DNA of 64,000 bases from Fimicolochytrium jonesii (Eukaryota). The notes under the pieces were generated by a model. It had not been told where the DNA came from and did not search any database. It saw only the letters and a program-made list of their open reading frames with translations. The stretch spans positions 186,001 through 250,000 of the forward strand of contig NW_026515698.1 of assembly GCF_025526975.1 (NCBI RefSeq), in the 5' to 3' direction. The translations under genes and the position numbers were made by a program. Of this stretch, positions 47,831-64,000 are shown one piece after another; the stretch's first letter is position 1, and each line of letters opens with the position of its first letter.

Positions 47831-49757
47831 ATGACGGCGGCCGCAGCCCTCGGCACACTGCTAACTCTCATGTTCCCGGTGCTTCTCGTCTTGTGGCTCC
47901 GTGCGAAAGATGCCGCCGGCAAAACTACCCGCGTCCTCGTCCTAGTCCTCGGCGACATCGGCCGCTCACCTCGAACGCAGTACCACGCCATATCCCTTGC
48001 ACGCGAAGGTTTTGAGGTGCATCTAGCGGGTTACCAGGGCTCACCAGTGTTACCAGAGGTCCTGCAGGCCGGTGACAAAATAACTGTGCATCACATCCCG
48101 AATCCCATGAAACTGCCTGTCGTGCGGGCGGGTGGGGTGGTGGGCATAGCGGCGTACGTGGGGCTTGCGGCGTTCCGGGTGGTGAGGCAGCTGGTGCAGC
48201 TGCTGATGCTGTGTTTGAGAGATGTGCCGGCTTTCGGGACTATACTAGTGCAAGTACGGCCGAAGAGTGTTTTGATTAGCTCGTTAGTGTAATGATGGAT
48301 CCCTGATGTACTATGGATGTTTCCTTTTTTGGCAATCATATAGAATCCCCCGGCAGTTCCTACGCTGGTCATTGTGCAATTCCTGCGATTGGTGGTGGGG
48401 TGCAAGGTCATCATCGATTGGCATAACTTTGGATACTCCATCATGGCGTTGAATGTTGGGCAAAGGAGTCGGATAGTGAAGCTTGCTGAATGGTATGCAA
48501 TCATGGGTCTTCCTCGCAGATGGTCCGCTTCTAAGCGTATATTCATCTTTCGCAGGTACGAAAAAGCATTCGGCAACTTCGCCAGCGCTCACCTCTGCGT
48601 AAGCAAAGCAATGGCCGCCGAAATGAAAACCGTCTGGGGCGTGCGGTAAGAACACCGTCCTTCCCCCACCCACGCCATCCTCCTCAAACCTCTGTCCGCC
48701 CTCACATCCCACATTACAGAGGCCCAATAGTAACTATGTACGACAAACCCCCCTCCCACTTCCGCCGCCTCCCCCTCGCCGAAATCCACGCATTCCTCTC
48801 CCGTTACGATCTCACCACCCCCATAATGCGTCCCACCACCTCCCCAACGACGACATCACAAACCCTCCTAACCCACCTCACACCCACGGGCACACTCGAA
48901 CCCCTCACCGGGCGCCCCGCGTTGGTCGTTAGCAGCACGAGTTGGACGGAGGATGAGGATTTTGAGATGTTGTTGGAGGGGTTGGGGTTGTACGAGGCGG
49001 CTGCGGGAAGCAAGCAAGGGGGAGGGGATGACCAGACGGTGTTACCCGACATCGTACTGGTGATTACAGGCAAGGGGCCGTTGAAGGACATGTATCTGGC
49101 GAAGATCAAAGCGAAGGCGTTGAAGAGGGTACGGGTGTTGACTGCTTGGTTACCTGCTGAAGATTATCCGCTCTTGCTCGGTACGTGAAACCCATTCGAA
49201 GAGGATATGTTTTTTTACCTTTCTCGTCGTTCAGGGGGATGTTGATGATTGTGATTTTTTCCAAAGGCTCAGCAGACCTCGGCATCTCCCTCCACACCTC
49301 CTCCTCCGGGCTCGACCTGCCGATGAAGATTGTGGATATGTTTGGGTGTGGGCTGCCGGTTTGTGCTGTTGGGTATCCGTGGTGTGTATGAAAAAAAAAA
49401 CCCCCTTTCCCACTTTCGCAAATGAATGCGTCGACTGATTATTACCGATAGTCTAGAGGAATTGGTCCAGGACGGTGTGAATGGACGTGTTTTTGGGACT
49501 CCGGAGGAGTTGTGTGGGCAGTTAAAGGTGCGATCTACGTTTTCCCCCTTTCCGTCTCCCACCCCCCGCCTCCGCAACATCTAACTCTTCCCTTACCACA
49601 GTCTCTCCTCGCCACACCCTCCACATCCTCAACAAAAACTACACCACACATCCCAACACCCGCTCTGACATCCCTTCGCGCCGGCACCAAGGCGTTCGGG
49701 CGTACGCGGTGGCATGAGGAGTGGGTGGGCGTTGTCGAGCCGCTGATTGTCGGGTAG
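47831..49757 (+). CDS. ALG1: Chitobiosyldiphosphodolichol beta-mannosyltransferase
   Basis: [76 protein letters not shown] across several exons. Confidence 0.97.
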
Positions 49758-49899
49758 TGCCATGGGGGGTGGGGGTGGACAAAGCACACCCCGAATGCGG
49801 CGTGTGTGGATGTATTGTACATATCATAGCGGGTATTCGCAAAATACAATCATTCCACAAGCAACCCAAACGCCATCTTACGACATACAGACATCCCCC

Positions 49900-51617
49900 T
49901 CACCCAATATACGTAACACTCCTCAACCGCCCACACCGCGCCCTCAACTCCTCCACCTCCTCCCTCCCCAACTGCTCCTTCCACCCCCCAGCTCCCACAC
50001 ACAACCCCAGCGCGCCCAGCCTTCTTATCATGGGGACATACTTCACCAGCGCGCCATACCCGACCCTCGCAGGCACATTCATCAGCGTTTCCAGGTCCGG
50101 ACAATGTTCGGCGAGGGCGGCTAAGGTGCGGTGTGTGATGTTGTTGTTGGCAAAAGGTAGTGAGAGATGTTGGAGATGTGGGAGGGAGTGAGCGAGTTGT
50201 GTGGTTGACGCGTCTGTTATGCGCGTGTTCTGGAGTGCGCCGAGATGGAGGGATGTGACACGGGTACATCGACGGACGAGGAGTGTAAGCGCCGAGTCGG
50301 TGATATCCTTCCCGTCGCGGAGGTCGAGGTGGGTGAGATGTGGACAATGCCCCGCGATTTTGAGTAAGGGTCCGTCGGTGGCGATGGGCACGGTCAGGCT
50401 CTGCAGGTTATGGCATGCCTGTGCGATGAGCGCGACGTGGGCGTCTACGAGGTGGTGGTGGACGGATGCGGCGCGCCGGGAGGGTGTGGCGTGGATGTGG
50501 GTGAGGTTTGGGAATTGGGCGAGGGTGGGGAGGAGGGTGGAGAGGAAGCCGATGCCATCGAGGGTGAGGGTTGTGAGATTGGCATGGGGGAGGAGGGGGG
50601 TGAGGAAGTCGGCGATGGGGTTGGTGGTAGGGAGTTCGGTGAGGGTGACGGATTCGAGGTGCGGGTTAAGTTCGAGGAGCGTAGAGGCCGCGCGGGTGTT
50701 GATGATATTGCCGAGGCGGAGGTGATTGAGCTTTGTGAGGGTGTCGGCGGCGACTTGGAGGGTGTCGTCAATGGCGACTGGCCAGTCGAGCTGGAGAGAC
50801 CGTAGCTGCGGGTTGGCGGTGATGATCTCCCCAAGCGCCTCTTTGATCCGCTTGTCGTCCTCTGTATCGACATGGACGAGTCGTGCGAGGCCCAGGCCTG
50901 TCCATTCCAGCGCAAATGTCCGCAGTTGCCCGCGATACGCCTCTGCCACGGCGCGAAACCCCCGCTCTGTGAATCCCCACTCTGTGAACGCGTTTCGCGC
51001 GCTTTTCAGTCGTAGGTGTTTGATATGGCGACAGTTTTTGACGACGGCCATCAACCCGTCATCGCTAACGAAACCGGAGCTGTGCGAGCCCGACACAAGC
51101 GACAATGCCACCAGTTGCTTGCAGCTCGCGGATATCGACCAGAGGCCGTCGTCGTTGATGACCGGAAGGTTCAGATGTAGCACCGTCAGTCGCGGACAGC
51201 TGTGCAGCACTTTGACGAGTCCGGGAAGCTTGTAGTCAGACGAATCAACCTCTTGGTTGTGCGCGTACACCGAGACGGTCTGTATGGATTGCCGATAATC
51301 TGTCATGAGCTGCTTCGGTTTCGCCAGGATCTTTTGCCATGTTTCCCCTGTCCAACAAAATACAAGTCAGAGATGGCCGAGTGGAGAAGGGAGACGGAAA
51401 ACCCGGGCTCACAGTTATAAGCATACGCGTGAATATCCCTCCAAATGAAAGCGTTGGCAGAAGCAAACCATTGCTTATTGACCAAGCAGCAGGAATAGAG
51501 GTCATGGGAGTCTATCACAAAGCCAAATATGGCGTCCAGGAGTTCGGTGGGTATGTCTTCTGAGGAGGATCTTCTGGTTCGCGGCGAAAGACTGCCAGGT
51601 TGTGGAGGTGTTAGCAT
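49900..51617 (-). CDS. F-box/leucine-rich-repeat protein
   Basis: F-box IPTELLDAIFGFVIDSHDLYSCCLVNKQW; intron ~51411-51349; cysteine-containing LRRs (CPHLTHLDL...ITDSAL). Confidence 0.9.
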
Positions 51618-53836
51618 CGTTCCGATCGGTTCCTTCCTCGAACAGTGCTAGTGTTGGAGCACATGGGATGCTGGCCGAGTGGGGTCCTTCTTCAGGGAAA
51701 AATAGCCGCTCTCGGTCGGCGATGGTACCTGTACAGTCTGATCGCTGAGATGAGAGGGGGAGGGGAGTGGGAGGGGAGTGGGAGGGGGATGCCGTTGTTG
51801 CGCCTGTAAACTCCCTGTTATCTCACATCCTCGGCCGTTCCGAACAGACGCGCGCGTTCCAAGTCTTCGACATCCCGCGAACCGTTTCACTGGAAGAGCG
51901 GGTAGTTTTTGGGAACTTCGGAAGACAGTCCTCTGGTTCCATGCATCTTTTGCGATCTCACAGTATACATGAGTGATTTAGCAATAGCTTCGCCCGCTTC
52001 CAGGAGCTCGGCGTTTGACGCCTCACTTTCGGACTGTTCCATCTTTGCGATGTTTGCAATATTGAGGTTGATCTTCCATCATTTGGTACGCTTTGCCGTA
52101 CTTGCTCTCATCGATCGACTTGAGGATCTTGGCGGCCTCCAACGCCCATGTCGAACTCGGAAGCTTGAAGCCAAGCATCATTGCGTAGTGTACAAGCTGC
52201 GAATGCCTGTAGCGGTCCATTCCTTGTTTGGACCCCGAACTGGGAAAGCTCCAGAGGTCTCTCCAGACGAAAAACTGGGGGTTCATCGGCACCTCGTGCG
52301 CAGACTTCCTTGGGCTACAGGGCGGGGCGTTTTGCCCATTTGCCCCTGACTCCTGACACCGGCTTCCAAAGTGCCAACAGTGCTAGGAGCTCTCATAGAT
52401 GATACATACCTAGATTGAAGCTGTAGGTGAAATGAAACCGTTGTGCAACAACAAAATCACATCGAAAGCAAGGCGTGCGAAAGGATGAAGAACCGGGCGT
52501 GGGTTGTTTTGTTGACTGGTTTTCGACAGGCCTTCTGTCAGTTAGTCGGAGTGAAAGTCACTTGCAAGTCAAGGCGAGGCATATTCCCTCTCTTTGTTTC
52601 GAAAGGCGCTCATCAGTTGCCGGTGGCCATTCACAGGCACAGGCTGGCAGTCGCCTGCCTACTTGCTTGAGAGACTGATGAAAACTCCTGTCGCTCCTCC
52701 GTCCAACGCGCTGCATGCAGCAAGGCCCTGTCTGGAACCCGGAGCGTCTCCATCACAAGAGAAGCCATCATCTTCATCATTTTCACGAGGTTCCTTGACA
52801 CAAGGAGGAGGAGACCTTCGAAACAGGCGTCAATCAATCACAGGTTATCAGCGTTGCAGGCAAACAGTCCTTTATCCTCACTTGATAATGATACCGTCAC
52901 CCGCCTGCTCCTCCGGCTATCCCCACCAAACCTTCCCAAGCCTTCCTGGACCCTCTCTAGACCGCTTCGCTGGTACGTAGGTGAAGCGTAGGAATGGGCA
53001 CAATTCAAAATGCTATCCACTTTACGTTGGTTTCGTCGCAGTCATGCCCGCGCCCGAAGGGACACCCGAAACCGAGGGGTAGTGTAAAGTGATGCCTCAA
53101 TGGAACTTCACTGGAGGAGAGCTACCCCGGATGGAAGTGGGCCCGGTGAAGTAGTTTTTGCCACAATGCAGAGCATTTGCCATACAGCCTTGCCCCTCAG
53201 CAGTGGTGGCGATCGAGTCGGCTCAGCAGATGCGGGAAGATGGGAACCCCAAACAAAATCAACACGTTTATCCCAATGTAGACTAGATGTAACCCCGATA
53301 GACGGGAGGAACGGGCGATAGGATCGGAGAGGCGACATACCTGCGGTTTAACTCCTTCTCGGCTGGACGCGAATGAAAACGCTAAGATGGCGATAGGGCG
53401 TGTCAATAACTTCAAAGCCAAGAGAACACAACAGTCGTCCGATGCACATGCTGTCGCTATCACCCGAACTCATTGAGCCAGCTTCCTACTCGACAAGGCG
53501 AAATACCGGAGCAATTGGCAGGAGACAATGAAGGGACAGGTTTGACGGGGTGTCGAAATGCGGAAGCGGTTGCGCCACTCGACGCCACTTGCAAGCCACA
53601 GCCTGCTTCCGCTCTTCGAGTCGGCGAGGATGGGAAGGGCATTAGCACCACCCGGCATTGCAGAGCTACAATCAGCATAGGGCACAGGCACTGGCGGACG
53701 CACAGTTTACGGACGGACGACAGCAAAGCAGAGAGAGATTTCTCCAGTTTTTTTTTGTGCAGATTCCTCCTTGATCCCACTTCGCCAAACTCAACCCCCC
53801 AGCAACACCCATTCCCACCGTAAACCTCGTTAAATC

Positions 53837-54861
53837 ATGCCACAACGATCAATTCTACCGACACTCCGCCTCGCCGGCCGGCCGTTCCACCACCCCGCCA
53901 CCGTCCGGTCATGTCGCCTTCCATCGACTACCCGGTATCCCCTGTGTGCGCGAAAATACGCGACGGAGACGGAGAAACCGAGCAGGGCGGAGATCGGTGG
54001 TGTGCGAGAGGAGGCGAGCGGGAGTGCTGTGGATGCGGAAGTGAAGGAGACGAGTGATACGGAAGTGTTTGCTGCGGCACCAGATGCGGATGTGATGGTG
54101 GAAGCAGACGCAAAGACGGACCTTCCGTTGGTTTTCTCGAGACCGACGCAGAGGAAGTATGAGCATCCGTATGGGTGGCAGACGCTGCAGCGTGAGTACC
54201 GATAGGACTTTTGCGGCTTTTCTCTCTTCCCGATTCCCCCGCTCATTTTCTCCTCATCCACGCAGTCAACCGCCCCCTAAACATCCCCGCCCCACCCACA
54301 CCCCCCCGGACCCACAACCTCCTCACCGCAACCCTCACCCTCACAACCCACATGCCGGATTACCTCCCCTTCCTCCTCTACTTCACCCGTCACACCGCAC
54401 ACAGCCTGCTCCTCCCCACCTCCCCACCCATCCACCTCCCGACCCTTACAAAACGGTACAACGTCATCAAAGGCCCGTTCGTGCACGCCAAAACCAAGGA
54501 AATCTTCGAGGAACGGAAATACCACGGCGCTGTGCAGGTGTTTGATGCCAGCCAAGAAAGCGTCGACGCGTTGGTGGATTACATCAAGCGGAGTCTGCCT
54601 GCGGGTGTGGATTTGGAGGTGCAGAGGTTTGCGTGGGAGACGGTGGAGATGGCGGTTACGCCGAGGGTGTCGGTGCCGGAGAAGTTGGGGAGTGCGGGCG
54701 CGCAGGTGATGTCGAGGGGGAGACGACGGAAGGCGGCGAAGAATCAGCCGGGGTCGTTTGAGGAGCAGGTGCAGAAGAAGGCGGAGAGCTTTTTGAGGTC
54801 TTGGAGTGAGCCGGCGCCGGCGGTGGGGAAGGCGCCCGCGACGAAGGCGAAGAGCAAGTGA
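53837..54861 (+). CDS. RSM10: Mitochondrial ribosomal protein uS10m
   Basis: Arg-rich presequence; PIHLPTLTKRYNVIKGPFVHAKTKEIFEERKY; LPAGVDLEV; intron 54192-54265. Confidence 0.9.
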
Positions 54862-55285
54862 GGTGGTGTAGACTGTTGGGCGCAACGTAATGGCATGCCC
54901 CATCCCGATACTCCTTTATATATATGTGCATATTCATAGACCACAAATCTCCTCAATGCATCTTGACTCGTTTATCTTGAACAAAGTGCTGACGTATGAT
55001 ACGGGCATACCGATACGGGAAGGGGGCTCTCCCGGGAAGATAGCATATAATTGTTCTTCCCAAGCCATGCGAAATCCATTGCATCATTAGCACACATACG
55101 TACAATACGAGGGGCACATCGCATATATCCATGCGGCATCGTACACATACGTACCCTACCCACTCCCCATCCATCACGTCGCATCCACACATCATTATAT
55201 ACACTCCAAGTTCACCCAAAGTACATCCCATAAATTCCCAAAAATGTTGTTTCACCCTCGCATCCCTGGTCCAACAGGTAGCGGT

Positions 55286-58152
<2,867 letters not shown>

Positions 58153-58587
58153 TGGCGTCTTAGCGAATTGCAGCGATATGTTCCTTTCCCTCTCTCGGGC
58201 TCCCTCGGTTGTTGTAATTGGAGGTGTCGCTGTTCTGGGCGCAGTTTTCCGTCAATAGTGAATGATTCCAATGACTTGTGACTGTAGTGTGCAGTCTGTA
58301 AGGAGCGACGGTAGACAGTAGCAACACAGGCCAACTCTTGCTTGCTGCTCCTGGGGTCTGCTTGCAGGTGCAATCGTGTGTCTGTCTGTGTGTCGCTATG
58401 CGGAAAGCGGCTTTCCCAGCGTTCGCACGCTGGTTCGCACGGTGTCCCTCCGTCCTGCGTCTGTCCGAAGGGCGTCTTTCCCCCAACGCGTTTTTCGGCC
58501 GAGGAACACCTGGAACACACCGACATTGGGAGGCGCCCTCCAGCCGACACCACCCACAACAGAACGCTCCGGCAACAGGCACGCAGG

Positions 58588-61292
58588 ATGGTGGCAAAGC
58601 GCAAGGCAATCGGTGAGAAGGTACGTCGCACTCTTTCTCTCGAAACCGCCTAGAGAAGGCAGCCGATCTCGCGTGTTCCTCGCGTCTCGTTCGCACTCCA
58701 TCGTGCGATAGAAAAAAGAGAGAAATCCTTGAACTGACTCGAATGGAATGTCAAATAGGCAGCACAGCCGTCGTTGAAAGCAGCAGCAGACGTCCTGACC
58801 GCAAAGTCGCAACAGACAAGCACGCGGAACCGCACCACCACCACGGCAGCAGCAAAAGAAGCAGTCTCGCCACCTCGCGAAGCGCCCCGCTCGCCCTCTC
58901 GCAAACGGCAGAGAACCAAGCCAAAGGACTTCTGGATAGCGGGTGCCGTTTCGGTTGCAGATGATGACAACACGAGACCTGTGGTTGCTGCTCCTGCGGG
59001 TCGGAAGCAGACGGAGAAGAATAAGAAGGGATTGACCGTTGCTGCTCAGAAGAACGTTTTGGTTGAGGATCAGTCTGAGGATGAACTTTTGAACCGTGGT
59101 TAGCGACATCTCAGCATGGCGGTATTTTGATTTGAGAGCTGCTGTCTGACATTCAACTCTGATTCCCACAGCCCCAGTCGCCAAAATACAAAAGACCACC
59201 ACTGCTCAAAGGAAACCGAAAACGGCAGCAGCAAAGATACCGGAAAGCGAATCCGAGGAAGAACAACCAGAGACAGAACTAGAAGCACCCAAGCCGAAAT
59301 CGAAAAAAGCCTCCGCATCAAAGGCAAAACTGAAACCCGCAGCAGCTACAGCCCCCGCAAAGAAGAAAGCACTAGAAGATGCCTCGGAGAACGAGATCCT
59401 AACAGATGTGGAAAAGCCGGTCACAAACGCGCCGAAGAAGTTAGCAGTGCGAAAATCATCCAAAGGACGAAGCACTTCTAGGGGACGAAGCGCATCCGCA
59501 GCCCCAAGCTCGACTGACGATCTCGTTGGAACTCCCGAGACGCCCGCCGAAACGCCTGAGGAGACCGACGACCTCGAAAACACTCCTCAGATACAAGACG
59601 AGGTGTCCCACGAGATGGAGACTGAAGTCCGGCCGGCGAAGAACCAGCGTAAGACTACTGCTGCAGTTCCAGGATCCCAGGAGATGGAGACGGAAGTCCG
59701 GCCGGTGAGGAACCAGCGTAAAAATACTGCTGCAGTCCCGGAACCCAGCTCAGAAGACGAGGTGACCGACCGGCCGCCGAGGAACCAGCGCAAGACTGCT
59801 GCTGCTGCAGTCCCGGAAACCAGGCCGCTGGTGGCAGCGGCTCCTCCTATCCGAACTCGGTCGCTTAGCCGAAGGGAGGAACGGAGTGTGACTTCTGAGG
59901 AGTATCGTAAGGTGAGGCGCGGCAATTCACTTACACATCGACCAACACGCCTTAGATATTCCCTGGAGCTGACTGATTTGCCACCCGAGTGTAGATCAGA
60001 GACCTGTACGAAGAGTTGCAAAAGTCCTACCAAACGCTCTACGATGTGGGCGTCCAGGAGGGTATCACCCGTTTCAACGAGTATAAGCGCACCGCCGAGG
60101 AAAAGTTCCAGGGTGCGTTCTCAATCCACTACCCCTGACCATCAACATCAGACCTCATGCGATTCGCAAACTTACTCCAACTCTACTTTGTCATTAGCCT
60201 ACGAGACATGGAACACGAAACTCCAAGAACAAGTCGACACCCTCTCCGAATCTGCCCAAACGGACGCCGTGGCCCACAAGGCGGTGAAGAAACAACTTGA
60301 GGAGACTAGGAAGGAGCTGAAGGAGGCGCAGAAGGCGATTCAGAGGCGGGAGAAGGATGACGCGGATGGAAAGTCGAAGAAGGCGGGTGGGGATGCAGTA
60401 CCGGTGCCGGTGGAGGACAGCGCAGGGATGGCTGCGAAGACCGCGGTTGTGAATGGGGAGGCGGAACTGGTGAAGAAGTTGAAGGCGGAGGTGGAGATGA
60501 GGAAGGGTAGGGAGAAGGAGCTTATGGGTGAGGTAAAGTCGCTCAAGGAGAAGAGTAAGTTCAACACCATTCGGGGCGATGCACAGTCGATAGAGCACAC
60601 CACTAACATCCACCACCCCCTCTCCCCACCCAGTACCAGCTTTAATCCAAACCCACGAACAAACCAAATCCCACCTCATCACCACGCACGCCCAACAACG
60701 CAAACAAGACCTCGCCACCATCCATCGCCTCCAGCAGCACGACCGGTACCTCGTCACCGTCGAGCGCATGGTGCGCATGTACGAGAACCTCACGGGCCTG
60801 ACCATCCAGGCCGTCGAGGAGGGGAAGAGGCTGTGGAGTGTGGATGAGGAGGCGTTTGTGCTTGGGGAGCAACGCGAGGATGACGAGGAGGTGGAGGCGG
60901 TCGAGGTGCCGGTTGTGGTGTTTAGGTGTAGGCAGAAGGGGAGGAATGCTGGTATGTGGACCTATCTTATCGTGTGTGTGTGCGCGCGCGAGACCAGCGC
61001 CCCATAAGCTAACAACTTCATTTACCCAGCCATCGACTACACCCTAACGATCCCCGACCAACCCAGCACCCTCCCGCCAAGCCCTAAAAAGGCCCATCCC
61101 CAACCGAAAGCGATGGTCTACGACCCCGTCGTGCGTCCATCAGCACCTCAACAGCAACTTCCAGATTTTTTGATGCAGCCGTTGGGCTTTGAGCAGGAGG
61201 CTTGTGGGTTCTTGTTTTACAAGATTATGGATTGTTTGAATTGTGAGGGGGATGAGAGTGGGGAGGAGGAATTGGAAGGCGAGAGTGATTGA
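58588..61292 (+). CDS. CSM1: Monopolin subunit Csm1/Pcs1-like protein with long basic N-terminus
   Basis: Coiled coil followed by MYENLTGLTIQAV...FRCRQKGRNA|IDYTL...MVYDP...LPDFLMQPLGF...FYKIMDCL, the Csm1 RWD-like pattern; first exon MVAKRKAIGEK. Confidence 0.75.
59610..59820 (+). repeat. Coding tandem repeat, 3 copies of ~70 bp (EMETEVRPxxNQRKxTAAVP)
   Basis: AACCAGCG(T/C)AA.A.TACTGCTGCAGT recurs three times. Confidence 0.85.
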
Positions 61293-61696
61293 GCCTGCTC
61301 CTTGGTTGCAGTGATGGGTTCCGTGGAGGAGGTGTTGATGGAATCCCCAGCTGGGGAGGGATGCGACCCGTGGTTTTGACCGGACGTGGATCGGGCGGGG
61401 TACGGAAGCTGAGCAAGATGGAGGGCTGGGGTGTACGATATGGAAGAAGTGTGAGAGATAGACCTGGGTATTGAATAATGAATGTACATGAGGAATACAC
61501 GTCGAGAGTTGCATAGTGCTCCGAGAGGAAAAACAGCGAGAGGAGGGGGGTGTGTGAGGGGACGCGTGCGACGATGCTGCAAGGCTCACGCGTTGACGGC
61601 GGGGACTTCCCTCGTTCCGCCCTCGATAATAACGCACCAATCCACCGACATCAACTTCCTCATCGACAGAGGCATCCCAGCAAGACTCAACTCGAT

Positions 61697-63360
61697 ATGT
61701 CCGCCCAACCTTTCACCCGCCTAGAATACTCCGTCGCCGACGGTATCGGTACGTTCAAATATTTCAGCGGTGTGAAAATGGCCGTATGCCCTGTGGTTCC
61801 GGGTATCACCCCATCGTCCCTGGTTCGACGAAAGACAGCAAGGGGGAGGGAGATACCACAATCAACCGCCTGACAAGAAACGCAAGGAAGAGCTAACACC
61901 TAATTGTAACTTGTTTGTCGAACACTCATCCAGCCACGATCGCGTTCAACACGCCCAAAAGCCTGAACGCCATCGCCAAGGACTTTTATTATGAGTTGCC
62001 GGCTGCGTTGAAGAGGGCAGGTGCGTGGGGTCCGAGGGAGAATGAGGGGGAAGGGGGGGGGACTGAGGGCAGATTGAGCTGATGTTTCGATGTGTTTGTG
62101 GTGGAATAGAGGAGGATGAGAAGGTGGTTGTGACGCTGATTACTGCTTATGGGCGGTATTTCAGTAGGTATGTAGGGGAGGTGTCCGACTGCGGTTTTAC
62201 TGCAATCATCTTTCACTCTCCGACGACATCCCATGTCCATCGCTCATTCACCCGTCTTCGTCCACCTCTCAGCGGCCAAGACGTAACAGAACAGCCCGTG
62301 GAACTTCCCCCGGCTCAAAGCGACGCAGACGCCACCCGCGCCTACTACCGCCGCCGCTTCGACGGCTCCGTCGGCCGCATAGCATTGGCGATGGCCGCAC
62401 ACCCCAAAGTTCTGGTCGTTGGGCTCAATGGGCCTGTTGTTGGTGTTGCTGCCGGTGCGTGCATTATCGGCAGTTCGCTTTAGTTCCAAACCACTCAGTT
62501 CTCATTACACATCTGTTTATGGATTTAGCGATGATAAGCCACGCGGATCTGATATACGTATCCGACACGGCGACGCTGCATGCACCATTCACGGCACTGG
62601 CCATCTCGCCCGAGGCGGGGTCGTCGTTTATGTTTGTGAGGAGGATGGGGGTGGCGAAGGCTATGGAGGCTTTGGTAATGTGCATCATATCGGTTTTGGG
62701 GCCGAGGAATATCGCGGGGTGTCGTGAGCGAGGTTCTTTTTTTGGGGAAATGTGACTAACAATCACGCTTTGTGACAGCTCCTCTCGAAAAAGTTTACAC
62801 CCCATGAACTCGTCACCTGCGGATTCGCCAAGTAAGCCGCACCCACTCACACACATCCTCATCCTTGTTCCCCAACTCTCACATATTCCCCACACCAGCG
62901 CAATCCTCCCAACCACCGATTTCCACGCCACCCTCCGCACGGCCCTACTCGCGACCCTGGCCAATGTCTCGCCGGCGTCGTTGAGGGTTACAAAAGCGCT
63001 TGTGAGGGGTGCATATGGGGTATGTTTTTGTGATTCCCTTGTGAACGTTCCACACTGGTTGTGTTGGGGCACGCGATGTGACGGACCCGATTCCATTTTT
63101 TCCTCATGATCTCCTACGTTTGGATACAGGCCGAAGCCGAGCGTAATATCCACGAAGAAGTCGCTGCGTTGACTGAACGGTACAGTATTACCCGAATCGC
63201 CCGCTTTCTGGTTTCATCCATTACATGGGATTTCACATGCCCGCCACTACGAAATAAAAGAATTGATCCGTTCCCCTCCACATCTAGATTCGTCTCGGGC
63301 GCCCCGCAAAAGGTATTCGCAGGCTTGGCCACGCAGTTCGGGAAAAAGAACAAGTTGTGA
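61697..63360 (+). CDS. Peroxisomal delta3,delta2-enoyl-CoA isomerase (crotonase family)
   Basis: ATIAFNTPKSLNAI, GRYFS|SGQDV, HPKVLVVGLNGPVVG, ADLIYVSD...APFTALAISPEAGSSFMF; C-terminal PTS1-like NKL. Confidence 0.9.
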
Positions 63361-64000
63361 GGAGTGGACGCGTATCCTACATGACAGGGAAGGCGTATGT
63401 GGGGAGCGACATGATTTCCAGGTGTGGTAGGGATAGGACAGTAGTCTATGTAGCCTTTCAGACCTTTTGTGGTTGGTGTTGATGTATATAGCAATGCCTT
63501 GATGGGACGCTGTGGGCTCTCCGTATCTGTACGTTGAAAGATTAATTTGGACATCGACGGTGTTTCGACAGCGCGAAGGCATACTTTCCGACCGTCAAAC
63601 GCGTCCGATCTCAGTTGAACTCGGGCATCCGAGGGCACGCCCTTACTTTCTATTCCTGCGAAGAGCAATACATACGCAGTCATGGCCGCCATTGCAGCAG
63701 CCAATCTTTCCCATAATTCGATCCCCGAGGACACGGAGGAGGAGGAGGAGGAGGTAGAGAGGCCGAATGTCGCTGTGCGGCCCCTCACTGTGTCGTCGGT
63801 GAAGCGGCCAGGATTGAGACTCATTGAGGGGCAGGCTTTTGCGTAGTAGGTTTGTCCGGCATTTTCTGTGGTTTAAAGAACCCCTGAACAACAATCACTC
63901 TAAATCTCATCAATCTTATTCAACTCAAAGCAATGAAGAAGGCCTCGCCCTCCTCGCCCAAGGCAAAACCCTCAACTCCAACCCCACCCTCGCCCTCTCC

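Noticed and set aside
63933..64000. Start of a further gene (MKKASPSSPKAKPSTP...)
   Set aside because: Too short and low-complexity at the window edge to support a call.

Overview
Intron-rich eukaryotic genomic DNA, almost certainly fungal. Short GT-AG introns, many F-box genes and GCT-type ankyrin repeats suggest an early-diverging fungus such as a chytrid, but that placement is inference. Recognisable genes: 3' end of a PIF1 helicase, secreted lipocalin, tRNA-Cys(GCA), F-box/XPA-like protein, secreted HEXXH protein, alpha/beta hydrolase, DDB1/Mms1/CPSF-A-type propeller protein, several F-box genes, TXNL1-type thioredoxin-PITH, ribosomal protein eL8, RIO1, a B-type-like cyclin, a membrane propeller protein, an RRM-RS splicing factor, ALG1, mitochondrial uS10, a MYST acetyltransferase, Csm1/Pcs1 and a peroxisomal enoyl-CoA isomerase. 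Three accessory zones (~1.6-8.3 kb, ~31.3-33.4 kb, ~39.3-45.3 kb) hold pseudogenes, tandem arrays and TE-like DNA. Best leads: (1) an apparent [D1,2] stwintron (intron nested inside a splice donor) immediately after the WCGPC codons of the thioredoxin gene; (2) a 1.4-kb inverted-repeat element containing (CCCTAA)n and (TTAGGG)n tracts oriented like the two ends of a chromosome; (3) a decayed GIY-YIG-like/Ulp1-like gene; (4) a ~104-bp tandem array behind a TATA box; (5) a MYST protein combining double-PHD and C2HC fingers. All calls come from reading motifs by eye; no database searches were run, and exon boundaries are manual.
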